In this document: piece by piece, positions 39,415 through 47,697 of the stretch | How positions within the stretch are numbered: the first letter of the stretch is position 1 | Layout: each line of letters begins with the position of its first letter | Sequence record: SRR20825019_2119 | DNA length: 47,697 bases | Direction: 5' to 3' (one strand) | Notes under the pieces: model-generated | What the model was told of the DNA's origin: nothing | Database searches by the model: none | What the model saw: the letters and a program-made list of their open reading frames with translations, nothing else | Position numbers and translations under genes: made by a program

Positions 39415-41715
39415 CTATTGCAACAGATTGCCAACCGGCACGGCGCCGGAATAGCCGACGTCAAAGCCGGCCGGGGCGAGCAGGCGGAAGGTGGCGGTGG
39501 CACGAAGATCATTGGGCGAGGTATGCGTTGGGCCCGTGCGCGTAACATTGCCCGACACGACGAGATAGCCGTCATTATAGGTCAGGCCACCACCCACTTG
39601 CAGGAAGCTGTTGGCTGACAGATCCCAATAGGCGTTGCCGCCGGCGCTCCAATATTCGGCCACCGGAACGCTGGCCTCGACACCGACTTCGTGCATGTCC
39701 TTGATATTGCCGGTCGCGGGCGTGGCCGCGGCATAGCGGTAGTTCAAGGCGCCGGACCAACTGTCCTGCCCGTAGCTCACACCCAGGCCTGCGCGCGTAA
39801 CTTCAAAGCTCTTCGTATCGACCTGCAATTTGCCGCCGGCCTTGAGGGAATTGGCCAGGGCCCCATAGGCGCCGACGACAGCATAGGAGGACGCGTTTTC
39901 AAGGCCAGTGCCGACGCCGACCTGCTGCTGATTGCCCAAGGCGAAAGCGTTGGTGCCCGCCAGTTGGAAGGATTGGCCCCCCACCAGTTCGACATAGCTG
40001 CCATCCATCAGGCTGGCGAGGTAACGCCCCCCCAGATTGACGCGCAACCCGGTTTCCTGCCGATCGATGCTGGAGAAACGATTGTAGCTGAAGATGTTGG
40101 TGTCATCGAAAACCAGGCTCTGCGAACCTTCATTGGTGATCCCCGGCGCGACATTGGAGGCGCCGCGATAGACGATCTGGCCAATCGGCTCGACGAGATG
40201 GGTCACCCCATTGCCATAAGCAGCCATGGGATAGCGGATATCGAGCGCGGCGATGGGCGTTACGCCGAGAAGCGTCTGGGCGGCCGGGGCCGTTGCAAGG
40301 GCGCTCCCGCCATCATAGCCGGCCGCGTCCAGCCGCAGGCCGAGGAAGGGCGTCACCACGGCGCCACCGGCAATCCACTGGTTCTGCCAGCTCGCCTGAG
40401 CCATGGCGTGCACGCGATTGCCAGCATAACCATAGTCGTAGGGGATACCATTGACCGTGGTAGTGTAGTCCAGCTTGCGCGTAATGCCGAGCAGGCGCGC
40501 TTCCACATCCACCCGGCCTGCACCCGGCGGCAGGTTGAAACTGCGCTCGACCCGAATATTGGGAAGCGCAATACCCTGCTGGTCCCGCACCGAATCCGGA
40601 TTTTCGCCCAGTATGTTGAACTGCTGAATACGGGCGTCGATATAGGTTTCGTCGCTCAAATGGGTCGCATAGATTTCATTGACCGCTGATCGGCGCGGAT
40701 CGAGCATGTAGTCGGCAAAATAGGCGCTGTCGGTGAAAAGCGAATAGGCTGCACCGACCGTCCAGTCCTCCACCGGCTTGAACTCGCCGGCAGCCTGGAT
40801 AGCACCACGCCAATCGGTCTGGGCGTCGGCAAAGGTGAATGCGGTCTTGTCGAACTGGTAGAGCCCCGAGGCCTTGATGCTGAACGAGCCGCGATCGAAA
40901 CGCTGGATCCATTCGGCGCCCAGCAGGAAGCCCTGGCGACTCAACAGGGTCGGCGAGAGGATGACGTTGGTGTCGCGGTTCGAATAGACGGCAAAAGGCA
41001 CCTCGACCTTGACCCCGGTCTTTTCGCTGTAGCCCAGCGTGGGTTTGGGGATCGTGTCGAGCGCGTCATTGCTTAGGTCCGGCAGCCAGAGATAGGGCAG
41101 CCAGGCGACGGGGACACCCAGCAAGGCCAGGCTCGGCTGTTCCAGGGTGAGGGAATTGTCCTCGGCGTTCTGAACAATCCGCGCCGCGCTGATCGACCAG
41201 CCGATGCGCTGGCCGGATGGACCAACGCATTCGCCACAGGGGGCATATTGTGCATTGGTGAGGATCGAATTGAGGACCTGATCGAACTCAGCATCGTCTG
41301 CAGTGACACGCGAGCCGTCGCGTCCGGTCAGGGTCATGCTGTCCAGCACGACGCGCTTTAGACCTTCGGTCAAATCAAGGCGGTCGCTATGCGAGGTGTT
41401 GCCGGCCGGGTCGATGACCACGACACTGCCGATGAGTTCCATTTCCCCGTCAGCCCGGCGGTAGACCAGGCGGTCGCCTGAGAGGGTATAGCCGCTGACG
41501 CGCAGCACCACATCCCCGCGAGCCGTGATCTCATTGCGCACGGAATCGAAGACCAGTTCTTCAGCTTCCACCGCTGTTGGTGCAGATGGGTCGATTGGCG
41601 CGGAAAAGAAATCGTCGGGCAAGAGGCCCTGGGCGAATGCAGGCACAATTGTCGTGACCGGCAGCAGGGCCAATGCACAGGCCCAGCCCAGAATCGCGCC
41701 CTTACCGGGTCTCAT
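39415..41715 (-). CDS. lptD: LPS-assembly protein LptD-like outer-membrane beta-barrel
   Basis: Signal peptide; N-terminal OstA-like jellyroll (EAEELVFD..ARGDV, GDRLVY), YAPCGEC..WSISA, VPVAWLPY, VEPIGQ, NEGSQSLVFDDTNIF..NRFS..DRQE. Confidence 0.82.
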   Translation of the reverse strand: MRPGKGAILGWACALALLPVTTIVPAFAQGLLPDDFFSAPIDPSAPTAVEAEELVFDSVRNEITARGDVVLRVSGYTLSGDRLVYRRADGEMELIGSVVVIDPAGNTSHSDRLDLTEGLKRVVLDSMTLTGRDGSRVTADDAEFDQVLNSILTNAQYAPCGECVGPSGQRIGWSISAARIVQNAEDNSLTLEQPSLALLGVPVAWLPYLWLPDLSNDALDTIPKPTLGYSEKTGVKVEVPFAVYSNRDTNVILSPTLLSRQGFLLGAEWIQRFDRGSFSIKASGLYQFDKTAFTFADAQTDWRGAIQAAGEFKPVEDWTVGAAYSLFTDSAYFADYMLDPRRSAVNEIYATHLSDETYIDARIQQFNILGENPDSVRDQQGIALPNIRVERSFNLPPGAGRVDVEARLLGITRKLDYTTTVNGIPYDYGYAGNRVHAMAQASWQNQWIAGGAVVTPFLGLRLDAAGYDGGSALATAPAAQTLLGVTPIAALDIRYPMAAYGNGVTHLVEPIGQIVYRGASNVAPGITNEGSQSLVFDDTNIFSYNRFSSIDRQETGLRVNLGGRYLASLMDGSYVELVGGQSFQLAGTNAFALGNQQQVGVGTGLENASSYAVVGAYGALANSLKAGGKLQVDTKSFEVTRAGLGVSYGQDSWSGALNYRYAAATPATGNIKDMHEVGVEASVPVAEYWSAGGNAYWDLSANSFLQVGGGLTYNDGYLVVSGNVTRTGPTHTSPNDLRATATFRLLAPAGFDVGYSGAVPVGNLLQ

Positions 41716-42034
41716 CAATGAGCACCCCTGAGGTTCGATGCTTTTGAGCTTCGGGTTGCCATGACCGCACTACGCCAACTTAGAGAATTCGCAACGCCGT
41801 CCCAAGCCGATACGCCCGTGGCCGACAAACTACCCACCAATCTAGAGGTGGGCAATGAAGAATGTACAAACTCCCGGGCATTGTGTCCGCTTCGCATCAG
41901 CCGGGCAGCGTCTCTCGCAGCACCAGCCGGCCTCACCCACACGAATTTGCCCCCTGACCGGACTGGTTTGCCCGGCGCCCAAGACGCCCATTTGGTCCAG
42001 GCGGCTTGACTCTCGCCTCTTCCTGCTTCATTTG

Positions 42035-42062
42035 TGACACCGATGTCATGACATCGGTGTCA
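42035..42062. promoter_or_regulatory. Tandem LacI-type operators forming a perfect 28-bp palindrome
   Basis: TGACACCGATGTCA|TGACATCGGTGTCA, downstream of a TTGACT -35-like hexamer (42006-42011) and upstream of the LacI gene. Confidence 0.75.
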
Positions 42063-42150
42063 TAGAACACCGGAGACATCGCGGTGAACCGTTACCCGCC
42101 TGACGCAAGCGTCTAGAGTGGGTCATCGGTTCAACCGGAGGAGGATTGAC

Positions 42151-43227
42151 GTGGCCACGATTTATGATGTTGCCAAAGCTGCAGGGGTTTCGCCCAAGAC
42201 GGTGAGCCGAGTGATGAACGACGATGCGCCGGTCAACCAGGCGACGCGCGAGGCCGTGCAGCAGGCCATGGCGGCTCTCAACTACGTCCCCTCCAGTGCT
42301 GCGCGAACGATGCGTTCGCAGCGCTCGGGACTGATCGGCATGATCACTGGCGCCATCAGTTCGACCCATCATTTCGAAGATGCAGGCCTGCCGGAAATTT
42401 ATCTCGTGCAGGGCGCGCAGCGTGTCATCGACCAATCCAACCGCACTCTGCTCATTGCCGATAGCGGCGGGCAGGCCGAGCGCATCCCGACCCTACTACA
42501 GACGTTTCAGGAGCACAGGGTCGAGGGTATTCTCTATGTGGCCGAATACCACCGCGAGGTCAGCCTGCCTGCAACCTTGCGCGACCGGCCAATCGTCTTG
42601 GTCAATTGCTTTGATGCTGAAGACACCCCCAGCATATTACCCGACGATGAAGGGGCCCAGTATGCGCTTGTGGATGGGCTGATCCGGCGCGGACATCACC
42701 GCATTGGCTACCTCACACTGCCAGAGCACTACGTGGCCTGCGATCTGCGTGTGGCCGGCTATCGCCGTGCCCATCGCGACAATGGCATTGCCGTTGACGA
42801 TGGGCTGGTTCAGGTCGGCGCCCTGCCTAGCAGCACACACGAATTCGATCTGCTCTGGGATGCGTTGGACCGCATACTCAAGGCAGAACCGACGGTCATC
42901 TGTTGCGCCAACGACAAGATGGCCATGCGTGTCTATGGCCTCTTGCGCGAGCGCGGCGTGAGCATTCCGCAGCAAATGTCAGTCGCCGGCTATGACGACT
43001 ACCGCATGATTGCCGAACATCTGCATCCAGGCCTGACCAGCGCCGAGCTGCCTTACGCCGCCATGGGCGCGCGCGCTGCCGACAAGCTGCTGCGCCTGAT
43101 GAGCGGCACCACCAAACCCAACGAGCCGAGCCGCGAACTGGTCTCTGCTCCGGTTGCCTGGCGCGAAAGCGTCCAAACCCGTGACGCCAATGTCACGCAA
43201 TTGAGTTTAAGGAGGAAAGACACATGA
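42151..43227 (+). CDS. LacI family transcriptional regulator
   Basis: ATIYDVAKAAGVSPKTVSRVMN, YVPSSAAR, SVAGYDD; GTG start with GGAGGA SD. Confidence 0.94.
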   Translation: MATIYDVAKAAGVSPKTVSRVMNDDAPVNQATREAVQQAMAALNYVPSSAARTMRSQRSGLIGMITGAISSTHHFEDAGLPEIYLVQGAQRVIDQSNRTLLIADSGGQAERIPTLLQTFQEHRVEGILYVAEYHREVSLPATLRDRPIVLVNCFDAEDTPSILPDDEGAQYALVDGLIRRGHHRIGYLTLPEHYVACDLRVAGYRRAHRDNGIAVDDGLVQVGALPSSTHEFDLLWDALDRILKAEPTVICCANDKMAMRVYGLLRERGVSIPQQMSVAGYDDYRMIAEHLHPGLTSAELPYAAMGARAADKLLRLMSGTTKPNEPSRELVSAPVAWRESVQTRDANVTQLSLRRKDT

Positions 43228-44492
43228 AATCCCTACGCCTTTTGACAGCAGGCCTTGCCATCACCACGGCAATGAGCACCGCGGCTTTCGCACAGACCGA
43301 GCTGACCATGTGGTATCACGGTGCCGGTAGCACGGTTGAGCGCGACCTGATCAACACTATCATCTCCGATTTCAATGGTTCCCAGTCCGACTGGACAGTG
43401 ACGCTGCAGGAATTCCCGCAGGCGGCCTATAATGACTCTGTCGTGGCCGCCGCAGTGGCCGGCAATCTGCCCGACATCATCGACGTTGATGGACCGGTCA
43501 TGCCGAACTGGGCCTGGGCCGGCTATATGCAGCCGCTGCAGCTTTCCGAGGGTGCGCTTGATGGCTTCCTGCCCGGCGCCATCGGCGAATATAATGGCGA
43601 GATCTATTCAGTTGGCCTCTGGGATGCGGCCATTGCCATGTATGCGCGCAAGTCGACGCTGGAGAAATTCGACATCCGCGTGCCCACGCTTGAGGAGCCC
43701 TGGACCCGCGAAGAGTTCGACGGAATTCTCGCCACGCTCAAGGAATCCGGCGAGTTCGAATATCCGCTGAACCTGGGCATGGCAGATCAGGGCGAATGGT
43801 ATCCCTATGCTTTTGGTCCGTTCCTGTGGAGCTTTGGCGGCGACATGGTTGACCGCACCACCTATGAAACCGCCGAGGGCGCCCTCAATGGCGATGCTGC
43901 CATCGAGTTTGGCGAGTGGTGGCAGAGCCTGTTCACCAATGAATATGCTCCGGGCACCAGCCAGGACATGGCCGACCATGAGACCGGCTTTATCGACGGC
44001 GACTACGCTTTGCAGTGGAACGGCAATTGGGTTGCCGTGAATACGCTCAACGCCCTGGGCGATGACGTTGTCTTCCTGCCCGCGCCCGATTTCGGCAATG
44101 GCCCCAAGATCGGCGGCGCTTCCTGGCAGTTCGGCGTATCGGCAACCTCCGAGCACCCCGAGGGCGCCAGCGCCTTTATCGAATTTGCCCTCCAGCCCGA
44201 ATATCTGGCGGCCTTCTCCGATGGTATCGGCCTGATCCCCGCGACGGCCGAGGCTGCGGCCATGACCGAGAACTACAAGGAAGGCGGACCACTTGAAGTC
44301 TTCTACGGTCTCTCCGAAGCCCAGGCGACGCTGCGTCCGGTGACCCCGGGCTATGTGTTCCAGGCGCTCGAATTCCGCAAGGCACTTTCGGACATCGCCA
44401 ATGGCGCCGACGTGGTCGATGCACTCGATGCGGCGACCGATGCCATCAATGACGACATCGCCCGCAACAACAACTACGCCACGGCTCAATAG
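43224..44492 (+). CDS. Carbohydrate ABC transporter substrate-binding protein (CUT1)
   Basis: Signal peptide ending AFA; LPDIIDVDGP, PWT; upstream of MalF/MalG-like permeases. Confidence 0.9.
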   Translation: MKSLRLLTAGLAITTAMSTAAFAQTELTMWYHGAGSTVERDLINTIISDFNGSQSDWTVTLQEFPQAAYNDSVVAAAVAGNLPDIIDVDGPVMPNWAWAGYMQPLQLSEGALDGFLPGAIGEYNGEIYSVGLWDAAIAMYARKSTLEKFDIRVPTLEEPWTREEFDGILATLKESGEFEYPLNLGMADQGEWYPYAFGPFLWSFGGDMVDRTTYETAEGALNGDAAIEFGEWWQSLFTNEYAPGTSQDMADHETGFIDGDYALQWNGNWVAVNTLNALGDDVVFLPAPDFGNGPKIGGASWQFGVSATSEHPEGASAFIEFALQPEYLAAFSDGIGLIPATAEAAAMTENYKEGGPLEVFYGLSEAQATLRPVTPGYVFQALEFRKALSDIANGADVVDALDAATDAINDDIARNNNYATAQ

Positions 44493-44509
44493 GTCCTCCT
44501 CCCGAGCCC

Positions 44510-44537
44510 GGCCGGCCCGGAGCGATCCGGACCGGCC
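44510..44537 (+). other. Intercistronic stem-loop with GCGA tetraloop after SBP gene
   Basis: GGCCGGCCCGGA-gcga-TCCGGACCGGCC (one mismatch), preceded by CCTCCTCCC. Confidence 0.55.
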
Positions 44538-44566
44538 CAACCCGCACGTCCCAAGGCAGGTCAAAC

Positions 44567-45649
44567 ATGCGCCCGACAAGAACCAAATCGCTGCAGTCCC
44601 ACTCGATGGCCGGCTGGCTGATGAGTGGTCCGGCGCTGGCATTGGTGACCCTGTTCCTGATCGTGCCTTTTCTTCTGGCCTTCTGGTTTTCATTCACCAA
44701 TCAGCGCCTGATCTCTCCCAATCCAACCCAGTTCGTGGGCACCAGCAATTTCGAGCAATTGCTGGGCGTGGGCACCCTGGTGCTGGAGCCTGAGCGGGCC
44801 GACGACGGCAGCCTGATTGTCAGTGAGACCGGCGAATTGAGCTATCCGCGGGTGCGCGGCTTCACGCGCAACAATCCGGACTATCCGCAGCTTGAGGGCA
44901 TGCGCGAATGGTTCGGCTGGAACTGGGGCGACAGCAAGGTGCTGGTCCTTGCCCGAGACCTCGTCTTCATGAAGGCCCTGACCAATACGCTGTTCTTCGT
45001 AGCGATAGTGGCACCGCTGCAGTCGGGAATCGCGCTCTTGTTGGCCCTGATGATCAACCAGAAACTGCGCGGCATAAATGTCTTCCGCACCGTCTATTTC
45101 ATGCCGGTGGTCGTCTCTATTGTGGTCGTCTCGCTGCTCTGGCGCTTCATCTATGACGGGCGCAGCGGGCTTTTGAACAACCTCCTGCAATTTCTCAGTT
45201 TCGGGCAGTTCCAGCCCATCGATTGGCTTGGCAACCCCGACACGGCCATGTTCGCCATCATCGTCATGTCGATCTGGCAGGCAGTGGGCTTTCATATGGT
45301 GATCTGGCTGGCGGGCCTGCAGAACATCCCGCTCACCCTCTATGAGGCCGCCGATATCGAGGGGGCAACGGCCTGGCAGAAGTTCCGCTTCGTTACCTGG
45401 CCAGGGCTGCGCAATACCGCAGTGTTGATCCTTGTCGTCATCACCATGCAGGCCTTCGCGCTGTTCGCCCAGATCGACGTGATGACCAATGGCGGTCCGC
45501 TCGACAGTACGCAGACGCTGGTGTTTCAGGCCGTGACGCGCGGCTATGAGCAGCAGAACATCGCCGGTGGCTCGGCCATATCGGTGCTGCTGTTCCTGAT
45601 CGTGCTCGCCATATCCCTGTTCCAGCGATACGTCACAAGGGAGCGCTGA
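44567..45649 (+). CDS. Carbohydrate ABC permease (MalF-like)
   Basis: FVGTSNF, RTVYFMP, LAGLQNIP..LYEAADIEGA, MTNGGP. Confidence 0.93.
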   Translation: MRPTRTKSLQSHSMAGWLMSGPALALVTLFLIVPFLLAFWFSFTNQRLISPNPTQFVGTSNFEQLLGVGTLVLEPERADDGSLIVSETGELSYPRVRGFTRNNPDYPQLEGMREWFGWNWGDSKVLVLARDLVFMKALTNTLFFVAIVAPLQSGIALLLALMINQKLRGINVFRTVYFMPVVVSIVVVSLLWRFIYDGRSGLLNNLLQFLSFGQFQPIDWLGNPDTAMFAIIVMSIWQAVGFHMVIWLAGLQNIPLTLYEAADIEGATAWQKFRFVTWPGLRNTAVLILVVITMQAFALFAQIDVMTNGGPLDSTQTLVFQAVTRGYEQQNIAGGSAISVLLFLIVLAISLFQRYVTRER

Positions 45650-45651
45650 CC

Positions 45652-46530
45652 ATGGCTGCCGTCACTTCGCCGAACCAGAACCTCAAGACGAGCCTGAAAT
45701 ATCTGCTGCTGATCCTGGTGGCTTTGGTTTTCGTCTTCCCCATCGTTTTCATGGTGGTCAGCTCGTTCAAGCCGGACGCGCAATTGTTGCGCGACACCTC
45801 CTCGTTCAATGCCTTCCTGCCAGTGGGTGATGTGTCGCTGGACAATTACTTTGCCGCGTTCGAGCGCGCCCCGGTGGGGCTCTTTGTCTTCAACTCGATC
45901 TTCGTCACAGCCATCACGGTCGTCGGCTCGCTGTTCCTATGCTCGATGGCGGCCTTCGCCTTCGTCTTCCTCGAATTCCGCGGCAAGAGCGTTGTGCTCT
46001 CGATTATTATCGCGACTCTGATCGTGCCATTCGAGACCATCGCGGTGCCGATGCTGATGGTGGTCAATGCCCTGCCATGGCTAGGCAGCGATGGCATCAC
46101 CTGGGGTTGGCTCAACACCTATCACGTGCAGATCGTGCCGTTCCTGGCCGATGCGCTGACCATTTTCCTGTTCGTGCAGTTCTTCCGCGACCTGCCCAAG
46201 GAGCTGATCGAGGCAGCGCGGCTGGACGGCGCGAGCTGGTTCCAGGTCTATAGCCTGGTCATCGTGCCGATCTCCGGTCCGGTCTTCGCCACCGCAGCCA
46301 TTCTCAAGTTCCTGGCCATGTACAACCAGTATCTCTGGCCGCTGATGGTCACGCAGTCCGAACAGTACCGGCCGGTGATGGTTGGGCTGCAATATTTCTT
46401 CCAGCTCAACACCGCCTGGGGCGAGGTGATGGCTTATTTGTCCATGATCACCCTGCCGGTGCTCGCCTTCTATCTCTTCCTCCAGCGCGCCTTCATCACC
46501 TCGATCGCCTCCACCGGCATCAAGGGCTGA
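45652..46530 (+). CDS. Carbohydrate ABC permease (MalG-like)
   Basis: SSFK, LPKELIEAARLDGA, NQYLWPL, FLQRAFITSIASTGIKG. Confidence 0.93.
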   Translation: MAAVTSPNQNLKTSLKYLLLILVALVFVFPIVFMVVSSFKPDAQLLRDTSSFNAFLPVGDVSLDNYFAAFERAPVGLFVFNSIFVTAITVVGSLFLCSMAAFAFVFLEFRGKSVVLSIIIATLIVPFETIAVPMLMVVNALPWLGSDGITWGWLNTYHVQIVPFLADALTIFLFVQFFRDLPKELIEAARLDGASWFQVYSLVIVPISGPVFATAAILKFLAMYNQYLWPLMVTQSEQYRPVMVGLQYFFQLNTAWGEVMAYLSMITLPVLAFYLFLQRAFITSIASTGIKG

Positions 46531-46555
46531 AACACCACTTACGAAAGCTACGATT

Positions 46556-47548
46556 TTGGTTATCGCACTTAAAGACAAATGGATTTGGGACTTCTGGATT
46601 TACCGCGACGGCGAGGACTATCACGCCTATTTCCTGCAGGCCGACAATACACTGGCCCATCCTGACATGCGGCATCGCCACGTAACCCAGGGGCATGCGG
46701 TGTCCAAGGACCTGGTCAACTGGACGCATCTGGGCACCACGTTCAAGCCGGCCGACCCCACAGCCTGGGACGACTGGACGACATGGACCGGCTCAACACT
46801 GCGGGACGAAACCGGTCTTTGGCACCTCTTCTATACCGGCACCGAGCATGCCGAAGACGGCATGAAGCAGCGCCTGGGGCACGCGACCTCGACTGACGGG
46901 CACAATTGGATCCGTGTCGGCGATGGCCTGGCGCTCGATATTTCCGGTCCCGACTATGAGGAATATACACCCGGCCACTGGCACGACCGCGCCTTCCGCG
47001 ATCCCTGGGTGATGAAGAACCCCAAGGGCGAAGGCTGGGTGATGTATTTCGTCGCCCGCAGCCCTGGTATGGCCGAGCCCAATGCCGGCGGCACCATCGG
47101 CTTCGCCACCTCGCCGGACCTATACACCTGGACCTTGCAGCCGCCCGTTTATGCCGGTGGCATGTTCGGGCAGATGGAAGTGCCGCAGGTCTTTGAAGCA
47201 AACGGCAAGTGGTACATGCTGTTCTGCACCGACGGTTCGCACTGGTCCGAGGCCTATAAGCGCCTCAATCCGGAAACGCCGGTGCGCGGCACGCACTATC
47301 TGATGGCAGACGACCCCTTCGGCCCCTGGGAGGTCGCGCCCGGCGCCTTCTTTGATGGCGCACAGGGCAGCCGCTATGCCGGCAAGATCGTCGAGACCGA
47401 CAATGGCCTGGTCTTCATGGGCTTCCGCCATGACGCGGCAGACGGCTCGTTCATCGGTCAGGTCTCGGACCCCATTCCGGTGCGCATCGATGCCGACGGG
47501 CTGCTGCATACCGAACTCGACAAGCTTCCCCCCGGCGCCCAGGTCTAG
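46556..47548 (+). CDS. Clan GH-J (GH32/GH68-like) five-bladed beta-propeller beta-fructofuranosidase
   Basis: WIWDFW nucleophile, SKDLVNW, WTGS, FRDP, EVPQ, YAG motifs; no signal peptide; TTG start. Confidence 0.85.
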   Translation: MVIALKDKWIWDFWIYRDGEDYHAYFLQADNTLAHPDMRHRHVTQGHAVSKDLVNWTHLGTTFKPADPTAWDDWTTWTGSTLRDETGLWHLFYTGTEHAEDGMKQRLGHATSTDGHNWIRVGDGLALDISGPDYEEYTPGHWHDRAFRDPWVMKNPKGEGWVMYFVARSPGMAEPNAGGTIGFATSPDLYTWTLQPPVYAGGMFGQMEVPQVFEANGKWYMLFCTDGSHWSEAYKRLNPETPVRGTHYLMADDPFGPWEVAPGAFFDGAQGSRYAGKIVETDNGLVFMGFRHDAADGSFIGQVSDPIPVRIDADGLLHTELDKLPPGAQV

Positions 47549-47565
47549 GGCACAAGGAGATCATC

Positions 47566-47697
47566 ATGGCCGGCTTGAGCCTCACTCAAATTCGCAAGAC
47601 CTATGGCAAGGTCGAAGTCATCAAGGGCGTCGACCTCGAAATCGAGCACGGCGAGTTCGTGGTGTTTGTCGGCCCGTCCGGCTGCGGCAAGTCCACG
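47566..47697 (+). CDS. Sugar ABC ATP-binding protein (MalK/UgpC-like), 3'-truncated by window edge
   Basis: Translates [52 protein letters not shown]. Confidence 0.92.
   Translation, partial: MAGLSLTQIRKTYGKVEVIKGVDLEIEHGEFVVFVGPSGCGKST

Noticed and set aside
41761-42037. Small ORFs in the lptD-lacI intergenic region
   Set aside because: No convincing SD, atypical codon usage and no motifs; more likely divergent promoter DNA
1-47697. Mobile elements, CRISPR arrays, tRNA/rRNA, defence systems
   Set aside because: No transposase, integrase or cas ORFs, no spaced repeats and no RNA-gene signatures were seen

Overview
GC-rich (high GC3) alphaproteobacterial chromosome segment, with gene content and codon style suggestive of Hyphomicrobiales such as Devosia (inference). 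It is almost entirely metabolic and transport genes; no rRNA, tRNA, IS, prophage or CRISPR was seen. In order: (1) end of a peptide ABC operon; (2) putA/putR; (3) an aerobic cobalamin cluster cobF-G-H-I-J-L-M lacking cobK, followed by an SDR; (4) a LacI-controlled ABC + glycerophosphodiesterase + inositol monophosphatase operon; (5) an Lrp gene divergent from an orphan AceE/MdeB-like ThDP enzyme, then a peptide-type ABC, a class V PLP enzyme and a FadR/GntR regulator, linked by a shared TGTCAGACATAT operator-like motif; (6) a creatininase/RidA + NMT1-type ABC + deaminase + FAD oxidoreductase cluster, probably for N-heterocycle (pterin-like) catabolism; (7) a degenerate stand-alone GGDEF protein; (8) an adjacent lptD-lptE-like pair outside the canonical contexts; (9) a LacI sugar ABC/GH32-68-like fructosidase operon preceded by a perfect 28-bp palindrome. 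The best candidates for undescribed biology are block 5 and the probable second LptDE translocon. All family calls come from motifs recognised by eye; no searches were run.
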